DNA of 64,000 nt from Lingula anatina (taxonomy: Eukaryota; Animalia; Brachiopoda). A model generated the notes under the pieces. It worked only from the letters and a program-made list of their open reading frames with translations. It had not been told where the DNA came from and searched no databases. Each line of letters starts with the position of its first letter. The stretch's first letter is position 1. Position numbers and translations under genes: made by a program. Positions 63,831 to 64,000 of this stretch are shown piece by piece. The stretch spans positions 4,402,001 to 4,466,000 of the forward strand of contig CM120643.1 of NCBI GenBank assembly GCA_051362555.1, written 5' to 3'.

Positions 63831-64000
63831 TGTAGCCATCAGGAAAAACACTAAGACATTTTGTATGTTCAATAAGTGTTTTATTAAGAGCAATACAAAT
63901 TGCTTTTATGTATTCAAATATTTATAAAACATATATCTGTAAAATATCATCGTCTTCAGTCTTTTTATTACTACAAGTTAAAAAGCGTTCTAGTATTTAA

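Overview
This is AT-rich, repeat-dense eukaryotic DNA from an invertebrate, probably a mollusc (inferred from the Helentron-type elements with internal satellites, the RTE-X-like LINEs and the Kolobok/hAT MITEs). I see no prokaryotic genes, no CRISPR array and no intact long host ORF, and most ORF-track entries are spurious. The main hidden signal is a minus-strand spliced gene at ~9.3-13.0 kb that the ORF track misses. It encodes a CBM20 (starch/glycogen-binding) domain, then six tandem-duplicated phase-1 micro-exons (48-66 nt), then a basic amphipathic Cys-containing tail. Its main CBM20 exon is also a ~108-bp hairpin and carries a 1-nt frameshift. The window also holds decayed LDL-receptor-family exons (LDLa, probable YWTD) inside tandem repeats and a ~3.5-4 kb segmental duplication with a third paralogous exon. 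Mobile elements include two Helentron/HINE elements (one with a 1175-bp higher-order satellite), Gypsy remnants (one with an extra C2H2 ORF behind a splice acceptor), a hAT transposase with an inverted C-terminus, and several MITEs with TSDs. A co-oriented minus-strand cluster of decayed domains (THAP, C14orf93-like, HECT, Ulp1 x3, P2X7-ballast/KolX-like, integrase) spans 39-48 kb. All calls come from manual reading and motif recognition; no database searches were run.
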